From: a virus
Direction: 5' to 3' (one strand)
DNA length: 64,000 nt
IMG/VR virus record: IMGVR_UViG_3300028569_000023
Coordinates: 1-64,000 of that record
The notes under the pieces: model-generated
Database searches by the model: none
What the model saw: only the letters and a program-made list of their open reading frames with translations
Told to the model about the DNA's origin: nothing
Translations under genes and position numbers: made by a program
Shown: one piece after another, positions 37,000 to 45,674 of the stretch
Layout: each line of letters starts with the position of its first letter
Position numbering within the stretch: position 1 is the first letter of the stretch

Positions 37000-37186
37000 A
37001 GCTATGGCTAAAGATATAGAAGAGTCTTTGGTTATTTTAGAAGTAGCATATACCGGACTTTTACGGTTTAAGAAGTATAAGAATATCTACGCATTAACTC
37101 TTGAGATGAAATCCTATAGAGAAATTCTAAAGAATAATCTTGACAGATGTAACAAGATCATAGATAATAAAGGTAAAGATGTCTAA
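36959..37186 (+). CDS. Hypothetical protein
   Basis: ORF in operon. Confidence 0.55.
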   Translation: MGDLNDLKSLKTARAMAKDIEESLVILEVAYTGLLRFKKYKNIYALTLEMKSYREILKNNLDRCNKIIDNKGKDV

Positions 37187-37502
37187 AATAATCGATTGGG
37201 ACGATTTGTTTAACAGAATCCCTTCTGTTGTTCAAATTAAAAAAGCCAAATATCATGTATTATGGGTAGACGCATTCCCTAATGACCCTACTCAATTAGG
37301 TGGAACTGATCCTAATAAGTTCCAGATTACTGTGAAGAACGGCCAGACTTCTAAAGAATCAGTTTGTACTTTTTTACACGAAGTAGCTCATGCTTTTAAT
37401 TTTGAATACGAAATGAAATTAACAGAAGCACAGGTTGTTAAGTTCGAAAAATCGTTACATTGGGTTCTGAAACCAGGAAACATATTTAAGGATAAAAAAT
37501 GA
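37179..37502 (+). CDS. HExxH metallopeptidase-like protein
   Basis: TFLHEVAHA motif. Confidence 0.75.
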   Translation: MSKIIDWDDLFNRIPSVVQIKKAKYHVLWVDAFPNDPTQLGGTDPNKFQITVKNGQTSKESVCTFLHEVAHAFNFEYEMKLTEAQVVKFEKSLHWVLKPGNIFKDKK

Positions 37503-38761
37503 CAAAAGAACAATTACTAGAGAAATATATTGAACTTGCTCGTAAGATCAACAAGATGCCAAGTGTCGCAGATTGCGTGGCGCTTCTAGACGTTAAAGAA
37601 TCAACCATTCGAACAAACTTCGGTAATCTAGCTAATCTAAAAGAATTAGCACTACAAGTCTATCCCGATCTCGGGGATTCAGTAGTCCCAGCGGTTCTCG
37701 GAGTCCCCGACATTAGGAATCATCGCGAGAAGCTTCTGGATAATAAAACTAAGAAACAAAACCTTGATCTTGTTAAGAGCGTTAATACTCTGGATTTCAT
37801 TGAGAAATTCGCAGAGAATACCTTTAGAGATAAAGTTAAGCCTGTAAATGTTAAGAAGAAGTCTAAGAAACCCATTAAGAGAGTCTTGAATCTCATTCTA
37901 TCCGATCATCACTACGGATCTGATCTCCACCGGGAAGAAACTGGAAATGACACATATACCGCTATCGAGGAATCTCGTCGTTTGGCACACGTTGTCAAAG
38001 AGACAATCGAATATAAGCCTCAATATCGAGAACAAACTAAGCTTTTAATCCATCTTGACGGCGATATGATCGAGAATAAGATGCACGATCCTCAAGATGC
38101 TGCCCCAATGGCCGAACAAGTATGTCGCGCTATTCACGTTTTAACACAAGCTATTGCTCAACTTGCTGAAGCGTTTCCAGAAGTCGAAGTGGTATGTGCC
38201 ACGGGAAACCACGGGAGATCGCTCACACGGCATCCTAAACGTGCAACAACTGGTAAATGGGATAGCTATGAGACGATCATCTATTACTCAATTAAGACTA
38301 GTTTAAGCCTTTATTCGAATCTAAAGATCTCCATTCCGAAAACTCCTTATTGTGTTACAAACGTATTAGGACATAGCATCTTTACGACACATGGCGATAA
38401 CGTCATTAATCCTGGAAATCCTGGTAAATCAATTAACACTAAAGCACTTGAGGGTCAAATTAACGCCATTAACGCAGCACTAAGCGATCATCAAGAGCAT
38501 AAGGTCTTTATCGTCGGACACGTCCATACTGCCAGTATTACGCTTTTAAACAACGGAGCGACGATGATCACTAACGGAGCGTTGTGTCCTGGTAACGGAT
38601 TTACAACAAGTATCGGTATCATGGAGTCTAATAACTCCCAGACGCTATTCGAAACGGTCGAAGCTCATGCGGTTGGTGATATCCGATTTATTAAAGTTGG
38701 ACCTGAACAAGATAAAGATGCTAGTTTGGATAAGATCATTAAGCCGTGGAGGTCACTATGA
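37499..38761 (+). CDS. Metallophosphoesterase with N-terminal HTH-like domain
   Basis: SDHHYG, DGD, GNHG, HGD, GHVH motifs. Confidence 0.85.
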   Translation: MTKEQLLEKYIELARKINKMPSVADCVALLDVKESTIRTNFGNLANLKELALQVYPDLGDSVVPAVLGVPDIRNHREKLLDNKTKKQNLDLVKSVNTLDFIEKFAENTFRDKVKPVNVKKKSKKPIKRVLNLILSDHHYGSDLHREETGNDTYTAIEESRRLAHVVKETIEYKPQYREQTKLLIHLDGDMIENKMHDPQDAAPMAEQVCRAIHVLTQAIAQLAEAFPEVEVVCATGNHGRSLTRHPKRATTGKWDSYETIIYYSIKTSLSLYSNLKISIPKTPYCVTNVLGHSIFTTHGDNVINPGNPGKSINTKALEGQINAINAALSDHQEHKVFIVGHVHTASITLLNNGATMITNGALCPGNGFTTSIGIMESNNSQTLFETVEAHAVGDIRFIKVGPEQDKDASLDKIIKPWRSL

Positions 38762-38916
38762 TCTCTTTCGGTGCGTTCTACATTACCGGATTCGTATTAG
38801 GATACGTAATGGGAAGAAATGACGAAAAGCAACTCGCCGTAAAAGCTTCAAAAAGACCTCGTAAGTAGTAAATTCCTGATATTTAGACTCGAATAAAGGT
38901 ATTAACTATTACAAAT

Positions 38917-39297
38917 ATGACATATCATGAATGGTCCGACGATTGGGGATATTGGAAGCTTCTAAACGAAGGTATTTGTTATATCGATAATGAACTTCGA
39001 AAAGCTCGAATTGGAGTCCACTCTAAAGAAAAGTTCGGAAGTGCGCGTTTTTCTTTGTACTTCTTCAACGGTCATCTTCACGATTTAACACATCCTGGTT
39101 ATGTTTATTCTCAATATCCAAAATGGCTATGGAAATTTGACGTAACGAAAAGTCCTTACATTTTTAAGTATTTAGGATTAACATTTATAATTAGACAATT
39201 ACAATACATGTGGTTGAAAAGAGTTTTAACAAACGCGGAAGCTCTGTATCCTGAAATTAAAAAAGAATTACTTAGAGATTTAGTTGACTTTCTGTAA
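38917..39297 (+). CDS. Hypothetical phage protein
   Basis: KEKFGSARF motif. Confidence 0.7.
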   Translation: MTYHEWSDDWGYWKLLNEGICYIDNELRKARIGVHSKEKFGSARFSLYFFNGHLHDLTHPGYVYSQYPKWLWKFDVTKSPYIFKYLGLTFIIRQLQYMWLKRVLTNAEALYPEIKKELLRDLVDFL

Positions 39298-39311
39298 ATT
39301 TCTGATATAAT
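39284..39311 (+). promoter_or_regulatory. Sigma70 promoter for ncRNA
   Basis: TTGACT-N16-TATAAT with extended TG. Confidence 0.7.
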
Positions 39312-39317
39312 AATGTA

Positions 39318-39485
39318 AGTACAGCGGCGTGAAAAGCTGAGAGCCCGGACATAGCTAAAAAACAGCGCTGGTCGTTGATGCTAATCTTGAGAGGGCTTTC
39401 TGGAGACACGCACCCTGATCGGGTGAGGAATTAGATCAGTGAAGCCTCATAGTCTCGGTAGCGCGGGACCTGTACTACTTTTTTT
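39318..39485 (+). ncRNA. Structured ncRNA with tRNA-like top half
   Basis: AGTACAG/CTGTACT closing stem, internal stems, stacked GTCTCG/CGGGAC arm, then a T-run. Confidence 0.7.
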
Positions 39486-39494
39486 AGGAGTTAT

Positions 39495-40187
39495 ATGACA
39501 ATCTTGCTACTTTCTGGATATAAACAATCAGGCAAAGATACAGCGGCTAACTATTTAGTTCAAGACCGTGGGTTTAAACGAGCAGCATTTGCTGATTCGT
39601 TAAAGAATGATGTTTCTACGTTTTTCAATTTATCACGTAAAGACATGGACGATCAATCGACAAAAGAAAGTCCGATTCTAGATCGCCCGGTTCAATCTTA
39701 CGATCCGTTCTCAAAGCTAGTTAACGAGTTTTTGTTTAAGGAATTCAGAACACGAGACGGTAAACAGCCGTTGCATTTTAACTGGTTCGACGGTGAAATG
39801 GTTTCTGTCGAAACAGACGGTCAGAGTATTGAAATTAAAGAGCTTTTCTGGACGCCGCGTGCTGCTTGTATTTTCGTAGGCTCAGTAGGTCGTAGCTTTA
39901 ACGCAGACCATTGGGTCGATAGGGCATTAACCAACGTTGGGGATATCAATAAACCAATCGGATTACAAAACGTTGTTGTATCTGATTTCCGCTACAAATC
40001 CGAATACAATCGAGTCATTGAATTGTTCGGTAAAGACATTGTTAAGACGGTTCGTATTGATCGTTTTGATACTGTCAATTCCACAGATCCATCTGAACGT
40101 AATCTAGATGATTTCGAGTTCGATGTTCGAATTGAAAACAAAGGTACTCTACAAGAATTCATCGCTAAAATTAACGAGGTTGTATGA
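39495..40187 (+). CDS. Deoxynucleoside monophosphate kinase
   Basis: SGYKQSGKDT, FADSLK, TPR, VVSDFRY, SE..LD motifs. Confidence 0.88.
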   Translation: MTILLLSGYKQSGKDTAANYLVQDRGFKRAAFADSLKNDVSTFFNLSRKDMDDQSTKESPILDRPVQSYDPFSKLVNEFLFKEFRTRDGKQPLHFNWFDGEMVSVETDGQSIEIKELFWTPRAACIFVGSVGRSFNADHWVDRALTNVGDINKPIGLQNVVVSDFRYKSEYNRVIELFGKDIVKTVRIDRFDTVNSTDPSERNLDDFEFDVRIENKGTLQEFIAKINEVV

Positions 40188-40418
40188 CAAAAGCCGAAAT
40201 GAGATTCAGGGCAGCGTTGGAGATTCTTGTGCATACAATTAGTTCTTCTATGCGAGATGACGCTAAAGTTGAAGAAGCTGTTAAGCTTGCAGATAAACTT
40301 CTGGCTGAATTAGAAAAGGTGAAAGAATGAACGTTGTTCATATAGGAGTTCGGTATAAAACCGTTTGGTTGAAATACCTTGCTTATTTTCTGTTAGGATT
40401 ATTAGTAGGAGTTGTATT

Positions 40419-40793
40419 ATGAAAAGTAGTCACGTATTTGCACTAAACGAACTGTCCAAAGAAATCCACGAGGATAACGTTAAAGCGGGATGGTGGACAG
40501 ATCTCGCGACAGGGCAGAAGAAAGATCGTAACGTCGGAGAGCTATTATGTTTGGTTCATTCTGAAATTAGTGAAGCAATGGAAGGATTCCGAAAGAATCT
40601 GAAAGACGATAAGCTTCCGAATCGTTCGATGTTTGAAGTCGAACTAGCCGATACTCTTATTCGTATTTTCGATATCGCAGGTGCTCATAATTTAGATCTA
40701 GGCGGTGCTGTATTCGAGAAACGAGCGTTCAACAAGAAACGTGAAGATCACCAACTAGAGAACCGTAAACAAGAGAACGGGAAGAAGTTCTAA
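40419..40793 (+). CDS. MazG-like NTP pyrophosphohydrolase
   Basis: LVHSEISEAMEG, EVELADTLIRIFD. Confidence 0.85.
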   Translation: MKSSHVFALNELSKEIHEDNVKAGWWTDLATGQKKDRNVGELLCLVHSEISEAMEGFRKNLKDDKLPNRSMFEVELADTLIRIFDIAGAHNLDLGGAVFEKRAFNKKREDHQLENRKQENGKKF

Positions 40794-40970
40794 TGGACTG
40801 GTTGGGAGTTTTTAAAGTTTACTTCGAAGTTAAAGGTCATCATTGTCAATTTATCGTTTTAGCTAGAAGTGTTAATGAAGCTTTAGCAAAAGCACAGACA
40901 CAAAATGACAATTGGGCCGATACTATTAGAATCGAATTCATGGGAGCAGTTGATATTAAATAAGGAAGTA

Positions 40971-41264
40971 ATGGCAAGAAATAAAGATTCTGAGCTAGAA
41001 AGACTTGAACAAGAAGTACGTGAGTTAAAGAAACTGAACCGTCAGTTGATGAAGCAAGTTAAGAAAGCTTCAAAAGGTCGTAAAGATCGAATTAAAGATA
41101 CAGAAGACGAACAAGAAGAGTTCGTAGAAGAACCCCAAGAAAGGGAAACCTGTCCGGTTTGTTATGAAAAGTCCATTTCCGAATTAAAGCTAAACCTTAT
41201 AAACGGGAAAGAAAAGATCATCAAAACGTGTACAAGTTGTGGACATAGAATTGGCAAAACCTAA
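40971..41264 (+). CDS. Coiled-coil / Zn-ribbon protein
   Basis: CPVC...CTSC. Confidence 0.65.
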   Translation: MARNKDSELERLEQEVRELKKLNRQLMKQVKKASKGRKDRIKDTEDEQEEFVEEPQERETCPVCYEKSISELKLNLINGKEKIIKTCTSCGHRIGKT

Positions 41265-41676
41265 GAACCTGAAAACGTTTATTATCCAGATACTACGTAG
41301 AGCGTCGTTAAAATGGCCCGCTCGTCAAGAGATTCTTGCGGCAAGTCGCGTAGAGCGCGGAGTTTACAAATGCGCAATGTGTAATAGCTTGTTCAAGAAA
41401 GAACAAGTACACGTTGATCATATTCATCCTGTAATTCCTATTAATGGAACGTTCACTACGTTCGATGATTATATCGAAAGACTGTTCTGTGAATCCAGTG
41501 AACTCCAAGTGATATGTGGTACATGCCACAACTTGAAGAGTAAAATCGAAATAGAGATGCGTAAAACAGTTCGTAATACCAAAAAAGAAGAAGATAAAGC
41601 TAATGAAGTTGTTGAAGAATTCCAAGACTTTAGAAGTGCTAAAAGAAAAAAGATTGACAAAGAGAAGAAAGGCTAG
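41239..41676 (+). CDS. HNH endonuclease
   Basis: CAMC, VDHIHP, LQVICGTCH. Confidence 0.85.
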   Translation: MDIELAKPKNLKTFIIQILRRASLKWPARQEILAASRVERGVYKCAMCNSLFKKEQVHVDHIHPVIPINGTFTTFDDYIERLFCESSELQVICGTCHNLKSKIEIEMRKTVRNTKKEEDKANEVVEEFQDFRSAKRKKIDKEKKG

Positions 41677-41688
41677 TATAATAACCAC

Positions 41689-41916
41689 ATGAGATACTTG
41701 AGAGACCCTAAAACTAAACAACCGTCCGTAACGCTAACAGCGTTTGTTACAGGATTCGGAGTGGCAGCTTTGAAACTACTATTCTCCGGAGTTCAATTGA
41801 CTGCTACTTATAAACTTCCAGAGTTTAACGGCGTAGACTTTGCTGCGGTCGTCGGAGCTTTGGGTGCAATCTACGCTATGAGACGTACACCTGGCGATAC
41901 CGAGGAGAAACTATGA
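41689..41916 (+). CDS. Two-TM membrane protein, holin-like (leaderless)
   Basis: Two hydrophobic segments; promoter TTGACA-N17-TATAAT at 41654-41682. Confidence 0.6.
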   Translation: MRYLRDPKTKQPSVTLTAFVTGFGVAALKLLFSGVQLTATYKLPEFNGVDFAAVVGALGAIYAMRRTPGDTEEKL

Positions 41917-42188
41917 AAAAGCTTTGGGGTTATATCGCTGGAGCATTCGCTCTAATTGTCGGATTGTTCTTTATGGAAAGAACTAAGCGTAAAAGCGCAG
42001 AAGCGTTAAACGAGAATAACGAAGCACTTAAGAAAGTAGACGAACTTGAAGCGAAGGTGAAAGTTAATCACGAACGTCTTCAAGTCGAAGAAATTAATCG
42101 TAAAGAACAAGTGGCAGCACTTGAGAAAGCTAAAGATGAAGAACTGTCTGCTAAAGCTCTTGTCGATTTCTTTAATCGCAGGAAGTAA
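41913..42188 (+). CDS. Membrane-anchored coiled-coil protein (i-spanin-like)
   Basis: N-terminal TM followed by coiled coil. Confidence 0.55.
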   Translation: MKKLWGYIAGAFALIVGLFFMERTKRKSAEALNENNEALKKVDELEAKVKVNHERLQVEEINRKEQVAALEKAKDEELSAKALVDFFNRRK

Positions 42189-42534
42189 CGCATCTTTTGC
42201 GTATGACTCTGTGCTCCTTCAAAAGGGAACTCCTTCCCCTTTTGAGGGTGTTTTGTTTTCTACGGAAGACGCCGGAAAACTCCGCGTTGAACTTCTTGAA
42301 AAAGAAACATACCAGTTACTAAATGAATCATACCAGAAAAGCTTTAATCTTGTAGAAGCTAGTAATAAGCTTAAAGACGAACAGTTCGATCTTGTGATGA
42401 AGCGTAATCTCGAACTCACGAAGTCTCTAAACTCCCAGAAAGATATGAACGATTGGGAGAAATTCATGTGGTTTGGACTAGGAATTCTAACCTCAACATT
42501 AACCGTATATGGCATTAAAAACGCAACTAAGTGA
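42136..42534 (+). CDS. Signal-peptide protein with C-terminal TM (spanin-like partner)
   Basis: Signal peptide, coiled coil, C-terminal hydrophobic helix; overlaps upstream gene. Confidence 0.55.
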   Translation: MKNCLLKLLSISLIAGSNASFAYDSVLLQKGTPSPFEGVLFSTEDAGKLRVELLEKETYQLLNESYQKSFNLVEASNKLKDEQFDLVMKRNLELTKSLNSQKDMNDWEKFMWFGLGILTSTLTVYGIKNATK

Positions 42535-43162
42535 TCAGGACCTTTTAAAGCTTTTACAAGACACTTCACATTTAGAAGCAGCTCGTCCTGTTTCAAAAGA
42601 TCACTACGCTGATTTTGTAGAGTTTTACGGACTTATTCCCGGAGATAACAATGTCTCTAAAAAACTCGTATATCAGATCTTCAAGAATTACACACTATCC
42701 GAAGATTCCTATAGAACATTCGGTTCTCAAATCTCTCTTTATATTCCAGAAGTTGACGATAAATTCATTAAGATTAACCTTGAAACTTCAAAACTCGGTC
42801 AAATCCTTAAACAGCTAAAAGCATTACACGAATCGTCTAATATCTCGTATTCCCAGAATATCGCCCCTATTTTCGACTTTTTAACCGAAAACGAGGTAGA
42901 GGCAGGGAATGATGTTAAAGTCTCGCTAAAGGCGTTTTATTCGCTTTTAAAGAAGAGATCTAAAGGTATTAAAATGTCAGTTCTAAAGACGGAACTAGAC
43001 AAGTTATTAACTCCAAAAGTCACATCTAAAGGGGTTATGTACTCGGTATCTAACAGTATTTTAAATAATATATCATTGGATGATATAAAGAAAGCAACGG
43101 ATGGCAAAAAAACAAACAAAAAGAAGTCGCGAAAAGTACCCAAATCTAAAACCAGAACTTAA
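42509..43162 (+). CDS. Hypothetical protein
   Basis: 217 aa ORF. Confidence 0.7.
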   Translation: MALKTQLSDQDLLKLLQDTSHLEAARPVSKDHYADFVEFYGLIPGDNNVSKKLVYQIFKNYTLSEDSYRTFGSQISLYIPEVDDKFIKINLETSKLGQILKQLKALHESSNISYSQNIAPIFDFLTENEVEAGNDVKVSLKAFYSLLKKRSKGIKMSVLKTELDKLLTPKVTSKGVMYSVSNSILNNISLDDIKKATDGKKTNKKKSRKVPKSKTRT

Positions 43163-43517
43163 TCTTAAAACAAGGTTCGAGCAGTTATCGATTGATTACT
43201 TGGATAAGTTAAACGATTCTGAGAAAGAATGGCTTAACAAGTTTAACGGTGAATACGTCGGGGCTTCTTTTAATAAAGACAATAGGAAGAATATCCAAAA
43301 GTCTAAAGCTCATCGAAAAGATAGTTACGATAGGAATAATGCAAGAAATCGTTGCGTTTTAACTAGAGCTAAAGCTACAGGAATTGTTGACTATATCGAA
43401 GAAATTAAACCTGAACGGTTCATTACTGAACAAGAAGATGAGCTAATCTACAATATCGATACTCAAAGGTTCTTAGATGAGCTTGGAGACAGTGAAGATG
43501 GCAGTAGCGACGAGTGA
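43101..43517 (+). CDS. Hypothetical phage protein
   Basis: 138 aa ORF, last plus-strand gene. Confidence 0.75.
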   Translation: MAKKQTKRSREKYPNLKPELNLKTRFEQLSIDYLDKLNDSEKEWLNKFNGEYVGASFNKDNRKNIQKSKAHRKDSYDRNNARNRCVLTRAKATGIVDYIEEIKPERFITEQEDELIYNIDTQRFLDELGDSEDGSSDE

Positions 43518-43751
43518 TATTACTCCAATTACCTGAAGACCTACTTTAACGAAAGTAGTGATATTTCTGGCAGGAGCTAATTCTTTACGAAGACCTTCTA
43601 GGGATTCTTCTAAAAGATTAGTACGTTTAATATGAGTTTCGATATCTTTAGCTTGAACACCGAGTGTAACTTTAATGTCGTTAGTATCGCGTTCAATACG
43701 ATCTAACTTCTGGTATACCTGTTCAAAAAATACATCATCCTTGATTTCCAT
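43473..43751 (-). CDS. Coiled-coil protein with C-terminal TM (XhlA/holin-like)
   Basis: Coiled coil plus terminal hydrophobic helix. Confidence 0.6.
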   Translation of the reverse strand: MEIKDDVFFEQVYQKLDRIERDTNDIKVTLGVQAKDIETHIKRTNLLEESLEGLRKELAPARNITTFVKVGLQVIGVISLVATAIFTVSKLI

Positions 43752-43760
43752 ATTACACCC

Positions 43761-45674
43761 TTATTCGTTATCTTCGTCGTTTTCGTCAAGTCCGAAATCG
43801 AAATCACGCATAGCGTTTCTCGTTTCAGGATTTTGCATCATTGAGAACAGAACGGCATTACGACCGACTGATCCTTTGTTTTCCATTGCGTTAATTAAGT
43901 TATCACCAAAACGTTTAAGTCTTGGATCTTGTTGCATTCTAATAGCAGCAGATTTAAGCTGATCGTCAGACATAGAAAATACCTTTTGGGTGAATTTAGG
44001 AATGTCTTTAATTACAGCCGGAGTTGCTTCGGAAATGGCTTTAGTAGCGCGACCCGCAACGTTACCGAATGCATTTAAACGACCTCTCCATGTAGGAGCT
44101 GCTCCTTTTGTTATAGCAGAAGTAGCAAGTCCTGATACTGAAGTAGGAACACCTGTCCCTGCCGATTCGTTTACTGCTCCAACTATCGATTTTCTAATTG
44201 CCATTTTATCAGCATCGTTTCTGATCGAATTAGTTAAATCTGATATATCTTTGTATCCTAGTTTTTTAATAAAACCAGGTTCAAGTTGTTCCATTTTTTG
44301 AACATTTTCTATCAATCCTGAGAAAGTAGTAGCGCCTTCAAAGCGGTGTCCTCCGGGACCTCCGATTTGCTCCATAGTACCTTTTACGTATTTATAAAGA
44401 TCACTATATTTATTATTTAAGTCCTTAAATTGAGGTTTATCTGTTATAAATTCAGCAGGAACATCACCTACTGACTTATTAATCGCAACAGGATCGAATA
44501 CTGTTTTACGTAATTCCCTAAAACTATCATTAGCTTGTTTAAATCCTGGAACTTGATCTTCCAATGCGCCGCGTAATGATTTACTGAATTCTTTAGCTAC
44601 AGTGCGAAGATCTGGATTCTGTAAACGATTAGATAGAGCTATAACTTCTTCTCTAAATTGATCAGCAGCTAATGGTGACATATTAGAACTAGACAAATCT
44701 AAAATCTGCTTATTAAGTTTTTCTAATTCCATTTTACCGAGTAAATTAGGATTTAGTTCAATGATAGCACTTACTCTTTTAACAACATCATCGAGTTGGG
44801 GATCGATATTGATTTTTAAATTAGATGCCGATGTCTTCTCTAAAATCTCGCCCAGCGCCGCGCCGCGAGACATATCTATTTCTTGCAATCGACCAGCTAA
44901 TGCTGTAGCAGGAGCGTTAACTTCTCCAGCCATACGAGTAACTGCTGTATCTCCAGCATTTAATACGACACCTTCAGTTCCTTCTTTAAACGATCCTATG
45001 AATTGTCTAAGAGCAACGTTATCTAATCGTTGGTTATCGGCAGCTTTAGCTGCGACATTACTGCCTTTAGTGAAGAACTCGCCAGCTAATCCTAGAGGAG
45101 CACCGTATGCAACGGACGATTTAGCAGTTTCGTATGCTTGTTCTGGAGCATCGGCTAGCGTTTCGGATTGTCCTACGCCTTGAACCGCGCCTTGAAGCGC
45201 TAATTCTCCGAGTTTAGCCCCGCCGACTTTTGCTAATTGTTTAACTCCGCCTTGTTTAACTGCTTCTCTGAGTCCAGTTTGAGCCAGTTTACGAGCACCG
45301 CCCGTTAAAAGACTACCGCCGCCAGAAAGCAAGGAAGGAGCAATAGCTCCGCCAAATTCGGCGACAGATGATAATACAGGACTACGTTCTTGTGCTTGTT
45401 CATAGCGTTTACGTTCGATGTCACGATATTGAGCGTATAAATCAGAAAGATCTTTTTCGCTTCCGGCGACTTTTGCTGCAACTCCACGACCTGCTCCTGC
45501 TAGTTCATCTGAGAATCCCATAGTTAGACCTTGAGCCCCGGCGGAAGCTACGTCTTCTAGGGTATCGGAAACTGCGGAACTTTCTTGCGTAGCAGGTAGA
45601 TCTTTTCCGTATTGCTTTTCTAGAGCATCCAATTCTTCTAATTCTTGGAGTTCTTTTAGTTCTTCAGGAGTCAT
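43761..45674 (-). CDS. Putative internal virion / DNA ejection protein
   Basis: AQGLTMGFSDEL motif, Ala/Gly-rich helices, position in podovirus-like late cluster. Confidence 0.7.
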   Translation of the reverse strand: MTPEELKELQELEELDALEKQYGKDLPATQESSAVSDTLEDVASAGAQGLTMGFSDELAGAGRGVAAKVAGSEKDLSDLYAQYRDIERKRYEQAQERSPVLSSVAEFGGAIAPSLLSGGGSLLTGGARKLAQTGLREAVKQGGVKQLAKVGGAKLGELALQGAVQGVGQSETLADAPEQAYETAKSSVAYGAPLGLAGEFFTKGSNVAAKAADNQRLDNVALRQFIGSFKEGTEGVVLNAGDTAVTRMAGEVNAPATALAGRLQEIDMSRGAALGEILEKTSASNLKINIDPQLDDVVKRVSAIIELNPNLLGKMELEKLNKQILDLSSSNMSPLAADQFREEVIALSNRLQNPDLRTVAKEFSKSLRGALEDQVPGFKQANDSFRELRKTVFDPVAINKSVGDVPAEFITDKPQFKDLNNKYSDLYKYVKGTMEQIGGPGGHRFEGATTFSGLIENVQKMEQLEPGFIKKLGYKDISDLTNSIRNDADKMAIRKSIVGAVNESAGTGVPTSVSGLATSAITKGAAPTWRGRLNAFGNVAGRATKAISEATPAVIKDIPKFTQKVFSMSDDQLKSAAIRMQQDPRLKRFGDNLINAMENKGSVGRNAVLFSMMQNPETRNAMRDFDFGLDENDEDNE

